A stretch of DNA of 64,000 nucleotides from Felis catus (taxonomy: Eukaryota): NCBI RefSeq assembly GCF_018350175.1, contig NC_058368.1, positions 41,418,001-41,482,000 of the forward strand. Reading direction: 5' to 3'. The translations under genes were made by a program, and so were the position numbers. Under the pieces are notes generated by a model. That model was not told the origin of the DNA and searched no databases. It worked only from the letters and a program-made list of their open reading frames with translations. Positions 24,346 to 35,578 of this stretch are shown piece by piece. Every line of letters begins with the position of its first letter. Position 1 is the first letter of the stretch.

Positions 24346-26762
24346 TATGTCGTACAACTGACGCTAATGATGTGTCAACTATACTCAAATAAAAAAACAA
24401 AATAAATTAATTAAGTGCTAGGCTTATTAAATCAACAGGCAATATTATGAGAAGATATTGTACTCCCAATTCCTCAATTTATTCATTAAAGACATCACAG
24501 TACATCTAGCTTTTGTGTTTCCCCTCATTGTGAAAATATAGATGTGATACTCTCTGTACCTGTTTACATGCTGCTGAAGTTGAAGTTATTGGATAATATG
24601 ATAGCTCAAGTCATTATCCATGTCTCAGGATAAAAAAAACAAATATTACATTTTAATCATACCCTGTCTTATATGTTGCCGTTGGCATTGTAAACTATTT
24701 AGTATATTACCACTTATTAGCACCTCCTATGCAACATACTAAGCAGAAAAATAAAAATATAAATTATTTTCTCTTCCTAAAAAGTGCACAAACCAGAAGG
24801 GACTAGTAAGTAAGTAAACACCATTAACATAATATGATATGCTAAAATAGAGATACAAATAAATTACATTCAGAAAAATTCCACATGGAATCTCCTAGGA
24901 AGCTTTTCAAAATCCAAGAAGCAAATATTCCTATTTCTACTTCTAACATTTCTTAGTAAAGTTGTTTGAATGCGGTAGGAGAGGAGAAGCCAAATTGTAG
25001 TATAAATGCCTTAAGATTTGCTATTCTGGGGATATGCTATGGGTTACTTCACTTTACTGTTCATATAACTTTCATTATTTTCAAAATCTCTTCTCTCTCT
25101 ATCCTATTTCTTGTTCTTGCCCTATTTCTTTTTCTCCTCTTTTCCTTTGTCTTTGCTTTTCAAATATGGCAAAGGCAGTCCCTTTTTTTTCCTCAGTGAT
25201 AGAAATCTTGTTGACCCTTGAACAAGAACATTAAGTTATTACAACAAACTTTGAATTGGGCAAATAATTTTACCATTTTTATTATTATTTTCTACTTGTT
25301 TTACAATTGCGTAATGTAGTCAAAAGAAAATTAAATTCTGACTTTTGAAAACATTTTTTTCTCAAGTGTATAAACAGATAAGAAATCACCACAGGACCCA
25401 ATTAAATATTGCAATTAGTTATTGCAATAAAAGGCTTCCAGGCTCCACTATTGCAATAAGAACCTTAACAAATGTGTAGTTTAATAAATATTTGCATAAG
25501 TAAAGTTCCAGAATTTTTTTTAGGAGAGTGGCCCAAAATAACTAATAAAATCATCATCATATTTTTTTTGGAGGGGGAACAGTAGTAAATGAATAGATTT
25601 ACTATTTTATGAAAGTTAATGCTGGGTTTTTAGGGTTTTTTTTAGCCTATTAGGGAATAAATTATGCAAATTCAGAACTTAGAGCAATATCTACCAGGTA
25701 GCAGTAAATGTTTTAAATAATAAATCAGTCTATACTGATTTTTACCAACTTCATACCAAAAAATAATTTAATGTAAAATTTTTTTTCTGTTACAAAAATA
25801 TTTACTTTATATAGTTACATCTTTTAAATTTTCTATAGTTCCTAGCATGAGTCTAAACTGATAGTAGGATGAAATTTAAAGAAAAAACATTTAGAGATTA
25901 TCCTACACTATTCCCTCATACTACTGTGATGGAAAATTAGGACAATGGAACACAAAAATATTATGCATGACTTTTATTAGAGGGAAAACAAGAATGAACA
26001 CATACTGCTACTGACTTATTTATTTATTGTACTATTTTAATTTTGTTTTTATTTTGTACATATATTATTAACATTATATTGAGTATTCTTAGCTCATTTT
26101 TCAAATATTAGTTGACCATATATGTGTAGGTTTGCTTCTGGGCTTTTGCTCCTCGTCCATTGGTATATGAGTCTGTTTTTATGTCAGTGAGAAACTGTTT
26201 TGGTTACTATAGTTTTTATATTTTGAAATCAAGAATTATGATACAGGTTTGTTCTTCTATCTCATTATTGCTTTAGTTATTCAGACACTTTATGGTTCCA
26301 TAAAAATTATAAGATTTTTTTTCTATTTCTGTAGAAAAATGCCACTAGAATTTTCTTATTTTGCATTGAATTTATAGGTAGCTTTGGGTAATATGGATAT
26401 TTCAGCAATATTAATTCTTTCAACCCATGGATACGGAATAGCTTTCCATTTATTTGTCTCTTCCTCAATTTCTTTTATCATTGTCATAGTTTTCACTGTA
26501 TGGGTCTTTCACCTCAGTTAAATTTATTCCTAAGTATTTTATTCTTTTTAATGTTATTGTGAGTGGGATTGTTTTCCTTATTTTTTTCAGATTTTGTTGT
26601 TAGTATATAAAAATGCAACTGACTTTGTATGTTCATTTTATATCCTTCAACTTCACTGAGTTTATTACTTCTAAGAAATTTTGATGGAATCTATAGGGTT
26701 TTCTCTATATATACTATCATCTGCAAACAATTTTACTTCTTCCTTTACAATTTGGATGCTTG

Positions 26763-27172
26763 CCCTTCCTTTCTTCTTCCCTTCCCTTCCCTTCCCTTCC
26801 CTTCCCTTCCCTCCCTTTCCTTCCTTCCTTCCTTCCTTCCTTCCTTCCTTCCTTCCTTCCTCTCCTCCTCCTTCTTCTTCCTCTTCTTCTTCCTCCTTCT
26901 CCACCTCCTCCTGCTCTTCTTCTTCTTCTTCTTCTTCTCCTCCTCCTTTTTCTGCTGCTGCTTCTGCTTTTTTTTCTCTTTCTCCTCCTCCTCTTTCTTC
27001 TCCTTTTTCTTTTTCTTCTTCTTATCCTTCTCCCTCTTCTTCCTCTTCTGCTTCTTCTGCTTCTGCTTCTTCCTCTTCCTCTTCCTCCTATTCTTCTGGT
27101 TCTTGGTTTTTTTTATTTGTCTTGTATGTTTTGGTTTTGGGGTTTTGTTTTTGTTTTTGTTTTGCTTTTTTT
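26763..27172. repeat. Compound pyrimidine-rich low-complexity expansion (CCCTT, CCTT, CTT, GTTT)
   Basis: 26763-26902 is 140 nt of pure C/T; it lies inside the L1 RT remnant. Confidence 0.97.
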
Positions 27173-27814
27173 TATGATTGCTCTGGCAAGGACATCCAGT
27201 GCTATGTTGAATAGGAGTGGTGAGACTGGATATCTTAGTCCTGCTCTTGATGTTAGAGAAAAAAATGAGCCTTTTAGTATTGAGTGTAATGTTAGCTGTA
27301 GGTTGGTCATACATGGTCTTAATTATGTTGAAGTACATTCCTTATATACCCGATTCGTTCAACATTTTTATGATGAAAAAATGTTCAATTTTGTCAAATG
27401 CTTTTTCTACATTTACTGAGATAATCATATGATTTCATCTACCATTCATTAATGTGATGTATTACTTTTATTGATTTGCCTATGTTGAACCATTCTTGCA
27501 TCACTGAGCTATATCCTGCTGGATAATGGTGTCTGATCCTTTTTTATGTGCTGTTGAATTTAGTTTGCTAATATACAATTAAGAATTTTGTGAATTTTCT
27601 AGCTTCCCACTTGATATTGGTTTCTCATTTTATATCTTGTGGTTAAACAAGATATTTGATATAATTTCTATCTTCTGTAATTCATTGAGACAGGTTTTGT
27701 TGCTTTTCATATGATCCATCTTAAAAAATATATCATGTACACTTAAGAAGAATGCATATTCTCATGCTTTTGGACAAAATTCTCTGTATATGTGTGTTAG
27801 GTCTGTATATGTGT

Positions 27815-28028
27815 GTTTGTTTGTTTGTTTGTTTATGTTTATTTATTTTGAGAGACAGAGGGAGCACAAGAGGGGAGGAGTAGACAGAGGGAGAGACAGA
27901 ACCTCAAACAGGTTCCACACTGTCAGCACAGAGCCCGATGTAGGATTCTATCCCACAATCCATCAGATCGTGACCTGAGCCAAAATCAAGAGTCAGACCC
28001 TCAATTGACTGAGCCACCCAGGCACCCC
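27815..28028 (-). mobile_element. CanSINE inserted in L1
   Basis: (GTTT)n tail; head ends …TGAGCCACCCAGGCACCCC. Confidence 0.94.
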
Positions 28029-28727
28029 TGTTTGGTTAATTTAATATTATTCAGGTCCACTATTTCCTTATTGATTCTCCGTCTGGATGATCTATTCATT
28101 TTTGAGAGTTGGGCCATAAAGTCCTCAACTGTTATTCTATTGTTGTTTATTTTTTCTTTCAGTTCTGTTAGTATTTGCTTTATATATTTAGGTGCTTTGA
28201 TGTTGGGGTACATGCACATATTTACAATTATATCTTCTTGATGAAGAGCTCCCTGGTCTGGCAGGGCTGGTGGCTGTGTTTCACAGTCAAGTGGGCCACT
28301 GACTGGATTCTGCAATTACCTCCAGTCAGGCAAGGTCACAGGCTCTCTTTCCTTGTAGGGTAGTACCACTGGTTGTATTAACTATTTGGCAGGGTTGCAG
28401 ACTGTGCTATTTGTGTAATCACTCCTGGTTGGGTGGGCTGAACTCCCTGACGAATGTTTCTACTGACCTGACTCTGTTCAAGAGGGGCCTCACACTGTGC
28501 CTTATGATTAGGCTACACTTTAGGATGTGTCCCAGAGTTTGGTGGCTATACTACACTTTGGGGTAAAGTCACTGGTCTTTTCTGTAAAGTTCATTATCAG
28601 TTATGCTGCTAGACATTGGGATATAGAAGCATAGGTCCAAGTTTCTATTCTGACTTTAATTCATGAACACACACATATTTTTTTTTTATTAAAAAAGAAT
28701 TTGTGCCAAAACATTATCTAGCAATTC

Positions 28728-28824
28728 TTTTTTTAAAGTAATCTCTTCACCCAAAATGTGTCTCAATTTCACAATCCCGAGATCAAGAGTCACGAGCTCT
28801 ACTGGCTAAGCCAGCCAGGCACCC
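28728..28824 (-). mobile_element. Short, old CanSINE
   Basis: …GAGATCAAGAGTCAC…AGCCAGCCAGGCACCC; flanking AATTCTT. Confidence 0.85.
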
Positions 28825-29083
28825 TGATTAATTCTTATGATTAGGAAACTATAAATTCATTGCAAAGATTAGTACTTCCCTTAAAATAAATATGGATTTA
28901 AAAACAATAAACACATTTTAATTTTATCCCGTGCCTTTAAACTTAATTTTTTTAGACTAGTGTGTAAGAAGTAAACAGTTATAATAGCTGTATTTCAAAA
29001 ATCACCTCTTCCAAGGAGTGTATATTCTTCCTTAGCTTTTGTTCATAGACAAGCAATGTCTCCACTGTTAATAAAGAATTTCA

Positions 29084-29279
29084 GGTGTGTCTGGGTGGTT
29101 CAATTGGTTAAACATCCAACTTTGGCTTAGGTCATGATCTCATGGTTCATGGGTTCCAGCCCCACATCAGGCTCTGTGCTAACAGCTCAGAGACTAGAGC
29201 CTGCTTCCGATTCTGTGTCTCCCTCTCTCTGCCTCTCCACCACTAGACTCTCTCTCTCAAAAATAATAAACATTAAAAA
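29084..29279 (+). mobile_element. CanSINE
   Basis: Canonical body; TSD AATAAAGAATTTCA. Confidence 0.95.
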
Positions 29280-29967
29280 AATAAAGAATTTCAAAGGTAT
29301 ATTGATTTTATGAAAAATTGTAGATACAGAAAAATATGATTTTTATTTTATTAAATCCCATTTAGGTTTTTCAGAAATGCCATATGCACAAAAAAAATAA
29401 TAATAATACAGGAAAGATCATCCAAAGTCCTTTAACTATATATCTCTTCCAATAATTTTACAGCCACTACTCAGTGACACAAGTTGTCATTCATCGTATT
29501 CAATATATTCAGTTTCTTCTGATGCAAATGTCCTTATAGCATTTACAGAAACAAAGATGAAGTCCTCATTGACAAAATACAATAATAAATCTCATCTTAT
29601 TTTTGTAGCACTTTAGAATTTGCTATTTGATTTTATATATGTTACACCATTTGATAAGAAATTTCCTGTTTTTAAGGCAAATTGATTCTCCTTCTCTCCC
29701 TCCATCTCTCTCTGTCAATCTCCCTCTCTCTCTCTCCCTTTCTTTTTCACCCTTCTCTTCTTCCCCCCTGCATCAAATTTATATATGTGAAGTTTGTGCC
29801 TATGAATTTCAGATGAAAAATTCCCAGAACTATTCTTTAATACCATGCAGAACATTCTTTAAAGTTGAATAAATACACTTGCATGGCATTGGAATACAAA
29901 TGACTGACATTTCTGATACTTTGCCAATATGTTAGAGTGTAATATTTATTGAAAGCTACCTTCTTCT

Positions 29968-30195
29968 GGGGCGCCTGGGTGGCGCAGTCGGTTAAGCGTC
30001 CGACTTCAGCCAGGTCACAATCTCCCGGTCTGTGGGTTCGAGCCCCGCGTCAGGCTCTGGGCTGATGGCTCGGAGCCTGGAGCCTGTTTCCGATTCTGTG
30101 TCTCCCTCTCTCTCTGCCCCTCCCCCGTTCATGCTCTGTCTCTCTCTGTCCCAAAAATAAATAAACGTTGAAAAAAAATTAAAAAAAAAAAAAAA
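29968..30195 (+). mobile_element. Young SINEC_Fc
   Basis: Near-consensus; perfect 17-bp TSD GAAAGCTACCTTCTTCT (29951-29967 and 30196-30212). Confidence 0.98.
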
Positions 30196-30465
30196 GAAAG
30201 CTACCTTCTTCTAACCTAACCTTGTAAGCTCAATAACTAAAATGGAAATGGAAGTGGAATGATTAAGCCAATTCTGGTGTTCATGGCAATGTAGGATACT
30301 CCCTCAATTTCCTATGTATTTATGTAAATATAGCTTACTTTGTCTTGTGGGCCTTATCATAAAAACAACTTTTGACAGTTGTTTGTGTGCAATGACATTT
30401 TTGTCTTGTTTAAAAATAATCAGAATTTTTATATTAATATTTTCTGTAAGTACAATTTTATCTCT

Positions 30466-30535
30466 CTTTTTTTAAGTTTATTTATTATTTATTTTTGAGA
30501 GACAGAGAGCAAGAGCAAGGGAGGGTCCCAGAGAA

Positions 30536-30578
<43 letters not shown>

Positions 30579-30709
30579 AAAATCACAGGCAGGCTCCGTG
30601 CTATCAGCACAGAGCCCGGCACGGGGCTCAAACCCATGAACCATGAGATCATGACCTGAGCAGAAATCAAGAGTCTAATGTTGAATCAACTGAGCCAGCC
30701 AGGTATCCC
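30466..30709 (-). mobile_element. CanSINE
   Basis: T-rich tail, (GA)n tract, …GAGATCATGACCTGAG…GAGCCAGCCAGGTATCCC. Confidence 0.95.
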
Positions 30710-32246
30710 AAATTGTCTCTCTTTTTTCATAAAAAATATATCATATAAACTACTAAAAAATTACTATATAACTTTCTGTCTAATGTAGCTCCTTAAATTT
30801 TTCAGTCTTGTAGAACTTGACAGAGAAACAATGAAGAATCTGTTCTGCTTGGTAGGAAAATGTTGATTTCTTTTCATTGAAGTTCATTCATCTCACAGAG
30901 TTAACTCTTCCTTAATATGTTTGTATGTTACAAAAAGGCTGATAACTCAATTTACAAACATATACTTTATGAGTGCATACTTAAGTCTAAACTGGCAACC
31001 AACAGTCTATATTTTGTTGAACTTTTTCAGAGACCTTGCCATATTTGAGATCTTTTTCTCTACTGAACTCAGTTTCTAATCTAGATCTTTTGTAACAGAC
31101 TCCTATCTGACTTCATATATGAGCTTGATACATCCACAATTACCATGAGTAAGTCAACTTTGTCAGCAAGTTACTCTAAAAACAAAAAAGCTTTACTTAC
31201 ATTAATCCATTGCTCAAAAAATTGTGATGGTTTCATATCAGACATATCTTCCCTATAAGTCAAACTCATGGAATCCAAGACCCCCTACAGTCAGGCTCCA
31301 ACTAATCTTCTAACACTTACTCCATCACACTCCATTAGACAAACCCTCAGGTCACCCTGCTTTCTCAAAAAACAGACATTCCAGATACAATTTTTGTGAT
31401 TCTTTTATATTTCTAACCATATCAAATTTTTATAAAACCTATCAGGACATTTTGCATGAATATCCACAGGAAAAATATAAAACAATTGTGCAGAAAAAAA
31501 TGAAGATTTTTTGCCTTTATGGGTCATTTCTCTTATGGATATGAGCTAGCTACTCAATAATCTTTCCTACTACCAATGATATTAGCATATTTACTAGACA
31601 GATTACGTATGAGAGAAAGTATTTGATATCCTTATTATCTGCCCCAGATAATGGGATCAATCCGCACTCAACAATACACAGTCTGAGCTCAGAGTCTTTA
31701 CTATAATTGGAAAATATGTGGCCTGCTTGCCAAAAACTTAGGAGCTTCTGACTATATGATGTGATTTAATGAGTATTTAATCCCACATCTTACCACTGAA
31801 GAGCTTCAAATTCCCTTGATTAGTGCACATTTATTGTGAGCTGGAATTTTAGTTTTCCTATTTATCTGTTCCCAGATCTTGCATAGTATTTGTCATATAG
31901 CACTTAGCCAACACATATTTGTTAATAAAATTCTCCTAAGGTGTTTTTAATCTGCATATGCATTTCAATTACATTTAGTCATTATTGCCTACATTGGTAA
32001 AACTTGAAACTAATATATCTTCCCTGGCCAAGGGTACTGGGAAAGAGGGTAGCTAATCTGTGAAAGTTAGAAGAGGGACAGGTCTACATTATGAAAATTT
32101 CTAGGAGGTCGTATATTGGGGTGGAGGAACCTTAAAGCAAAGCGAGGGAGGCTGAGAACAAAATGAGTAGCCTTGATTCAGTGGGAAGATGCTGGGTTCC
32201 TATTTTGAAGATGGAGAGTAAAAGGGGAAAACTGAAATTAGAATTG

Positions 32247-32615
32247 TGCTATGGACTGAATTGCATCCATTCAAAACCCATATGTTGAAGCTCTAACCCC
32301 TAGTATAACTATATTTGGAGACAGGGCCTTTATAGAAGTAATTAAGGTTAAAAGAGGCCCTAAGGGTAGGGTTCTGATCCAATAGCATTAGTGTCCTTAA
32401 AAGGAGAATCAACAGAGACTTTCTATCTCTCTGCTGAATGAGGACTCAGTGAGAAGGCAGCCTCCTGCAGGCCTATTAGAGGGCACGCTCTAAAACCCAA
32501 ACATGCTGGCATCCAACTCTTGGAATTACAGCCTCCAGATTGCGTGAAAATAAATTTCTGACGTCAAAGCCACCTTGTCTATATGTTGTTATGGCAGCCA
32601 GAGTCGTCTAACACA
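32247..32615 (+). mobile_element. Solo MaLR LTR (MLT1A/B-like)
   Basis: TG…CA termini (TGCTATGGACTGAA…CTAACACA), internal AATAAA and CAGCCTCCAGA; 5-bp flanks AATTG/AAGTG (4/5 match). Confidence 0.9.
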
Positions 32616-33339
32616 AAGTGTAAACAAAGCCAGAGGTTTACGATGAAACATAGCAGATTAAATTCATTTATTTACCTCAAATGCCTTCCAAAATGGAAAC
32701 ATTCACACACATGTGCGCACGCACACACACACACACACAAGAAATATCAAAACCTGTGGCAGGAAAGCCCAAGTGCTGGCTGCATTTCCAAAGCTATGCC
32801 CCAGAGAACAAGGAGGGAAAGCACCCTGACATGGAGAGAACTAAGAGAAACCTCACCACGGCTGCTGTAGGCAGGCGTGTGCACAGGAGAGGACGTATGT
32901 GAACAGAAGGCAGTCCTGCCTCCTTGTGAGAAAATAAAAATAGGAAAGGGGTTGTTGGAATTTGGTTTCTGCTTCCTCCCACTCTGCGTGGGACCAGCAA
33001 TGCCAGAATCCATACCAGCAGTGACTCAGGTCTCTGGTACAAGTTTTCTCTGGAGTAAGATCACAGCCACACAAAACCATGGATGGATGGGGAGCTGAGA
33101 AAAGTGGGTGTTGGGGATCTAACATGCCTTGGACATGGGCTGCACCACCTCTGTCTTCTACACACCTCCAAGGCTGGTAAGCCAGAGTGAGGAGGGCATC
33201 CTTTTCATTCTGTGTCTCTTTGCTTACCTTGGGAGAACGCCTTGATCTGAGGAGTTGCTAAGAAATTATCTCTGGTTCTCTGGTGTTTCTGTGCTTCAGC
33301 CTATTCAGCGCAAACTTGGATCAGTCAGGGTTCAAGTAG

Positions 33340-33850
33340 GAAAGGCCAGTAGTTGTTATGGCACAGGGGAACAAAGGAATTGTTTTAGGAAAGCTACTCA
33401 GAACTGTTGTGGAAAGAGCCGGGAAGTGAAGATCTGAAAGGAAGAACTGGAGGGTCAAAGTGACTGAGTCAGTCATTCTGAAGGGGGGCTGCAAAGGAGG
33501 AACATAGTTCAGAAGCATATTGGGCGTATGTTGTTACTGAGGATCCTCAGCCAAGTGTCCAGCGATAGGCCTAGAGCTATTGTTGCTCAGCAGAAGCAAC
33601 GTGTTGGTAGAAGATCTGAGAACAGAGCTGGGGAGAGCAAGGGCAAGCTAGACCCTTGGTGACCTCACGTGTGTCTCTCACGTCTATCTGTAAGGATGTC
33701 CAGAGAGTGATGGTGGCTCCTTCACTCCCATCTTCCAAATCTTGCATAAATTCCTCTTTTGACCAATTCTAATCTAGAATCAAAGAAAGCAGAAGGTTCA
33801 GGGAAATGCAAGTTTGACTTAGCCAAATGGACAGAATACAAACCACTATG
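33340..33850 (-). mobile_element. Ancient ERVL-class LTR-like remnant (subfamily uncertain)
   Basis: …CTTCCAAATCTTGCATAAATTCCTCTTTTGACCAA…GGGAAATGCAAGTT…AGCCAAATGGACA resembles the ends of old ERVL LTRs. Confidence 0.45.
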
Positions 33851-34597
33851 CTGCTCTTTGAGATCGCTGGACTTGGCACAGGTTAGGGCCTTGCCTGACT
33901 GAATACTAAATAAGCATATAAGTCATAAGTTGGTAAAATCTTACAAGTCAAAATAACCAGGCATTTGCAGAGCACAACTATTTCAAATGAGAGACAACAT
34001 ACTATGTTTGATTGCATATAAAGTATAAGTATTGGATTAGAGGGACTAATGATTCAAAACTAAGCCAAATAAACATGAAAAAAGGGGCAAGAAAGATATC
34101 AGCAATACAAAACTAGAAAAAAAGAAAACAGAAAAAAAAAGGACAAGCATACCATTAGACTGAAAAATGTAATGATTGAATCAAAGAAGACATTTGTTAG
34201 ATAAATAGTGGAGAAGAAGAAAAAAAGAATATACAGTGGAAAGATATGCCTGAAGAATAAATTTGTGTATCAAAGGGAAATTTGAAATGATGCATTGCTG
34301 AAGTATTTGTTGAATCAGGGATACAGTGTGTTTTAATATGATGAGAGAGAATCTGACGAAATGTGCTGGCTGTCCCAGACTTCTCCATAATTTATCTGTA
34401 TCTCACCATTACCTGTATCCTTATAAATTATTAGCAAAATTTGATTTCTGACTTGTGGGTCTCATTTAGCAATCCTATACTTTATAGTATTTTGTGATAA
34501 GCCTTTTTATTCTTCTCTGACTTAAATATATACATATATTTACCATATACATATGTATTATAAGAAATATACAAGTTTGGATGTGCATACATATGTA

Positions 34598-34940
34598 CAA
34601 TTGACCCTTGAATAATATGGAGGTTAGGGTTGCTGACCCTTCATCTGCACAGTTGAAGATTCAAGTATAACTTTTGACTCCCCCAAAACTTCTTAATTGA
34701 TAGCCTCCTGTCGACTAGAAGGAGATAGATGATAGAAACTGATGATAGCAATGATCGATTAACACATATTTTTAAATGTTATTTGTATTATATACCGTGT
34801 AACAATAAAGTAAGATAAAGAAGAGAAAATGTTATTAAGAAAAATCGTAAGGAAGAAAAAATACATTTATAACACTGCACTGTGTTTATTGAAAACAAAT
34901 TCACCTAGAAGTGGACCCATGAATTTCAAACATATGTTAT
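34598..34940. mobile_element. Tigger2-derived non-autonomous DNA transposon (MER8/MER28/Tigger2a-like)
   Basis: TA|CAATTGACCCTTGAA terminus; TATAACTTTTGACTCCCCCAAAACTT; GATTAACACATATTTT; AAGTGGACCC near the far end. Confidence 0.88.
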
Positions 34941-35357
34941 TATTATTCCCTTTAATGCAGACTATGTAACTATCAAAAGTAGCATCATGCCTACGACTTA
35001 AAAATCTTGAGATATTAAGTGAGAAAAGCAACTTACAAACCAATATATTTAGTACATACCAAATTTTGAAAAAAAAATCTATATGTGAGTATTCTTATAC
35101 ATTTTATACATTCATTAAAAATTTCTGGAAGTGTAAACATTTTACTGTTATGAATCATGGGTTTGGGAGGAGGAGAAACAGCTCTTTATTTTTATTTTAA
35201 TTAATTTCAGATTATTTTAATTATTTACTTATAACTATTATTTATATTTGAGACTATTCCTATATACAAACAAACAAGGCAGAACAAATAAAACCTTCTA
35301 AATTGAGGGTCAGAATTTCAAGTTTTACCTGTCTCATATAGCTAAAATTTCTGTGAT

Positions 35358-35578
35358 TTTATTTATTTTTATTTTTTATGTTTATTTGTTTTTGAGAGAC
35401 ATAATGTGAGAAGGGCACAGGCAGGAAGAGAGGGAGACACAAAATTTGAAGCAGGCTCCAGGCTCTGAGCTCCAAGCTATCACCACAGAGCCTGATGGCA
35501 GGGCTTGAACTCACAAACTGTGAAATCATGAACTGAGTCGAAGTCTGGAGCTCAACCGACTGAGCCCCCAGGGGCCCC
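35358..35578 (-). mobile_element. CanSINE
   Basis: Reverse body; flanking TGTGATTTTA. Confidence 0.94.

Larger units (their letters stand above)
26090..28240 (-). mobile_element. L1 ORF2 remnant (RT and endonuclease parts, internally deleted)
   Basis: Minus-strand IVKEEVKLFADDSIYRENP, PVSPLLFNIALDVLARAI and HQEDIIVNMCMYPNIKAPKYIKQILTELK. Confidence 0.93.

Noticed and set aside
26629..27419. Long ORFs of 177-219 aa (poly-Lys/Glu, Ser, Leu/Phe)
   Set aside because: Artefacts of a stop-poor low-complexity tract within a dead L1.
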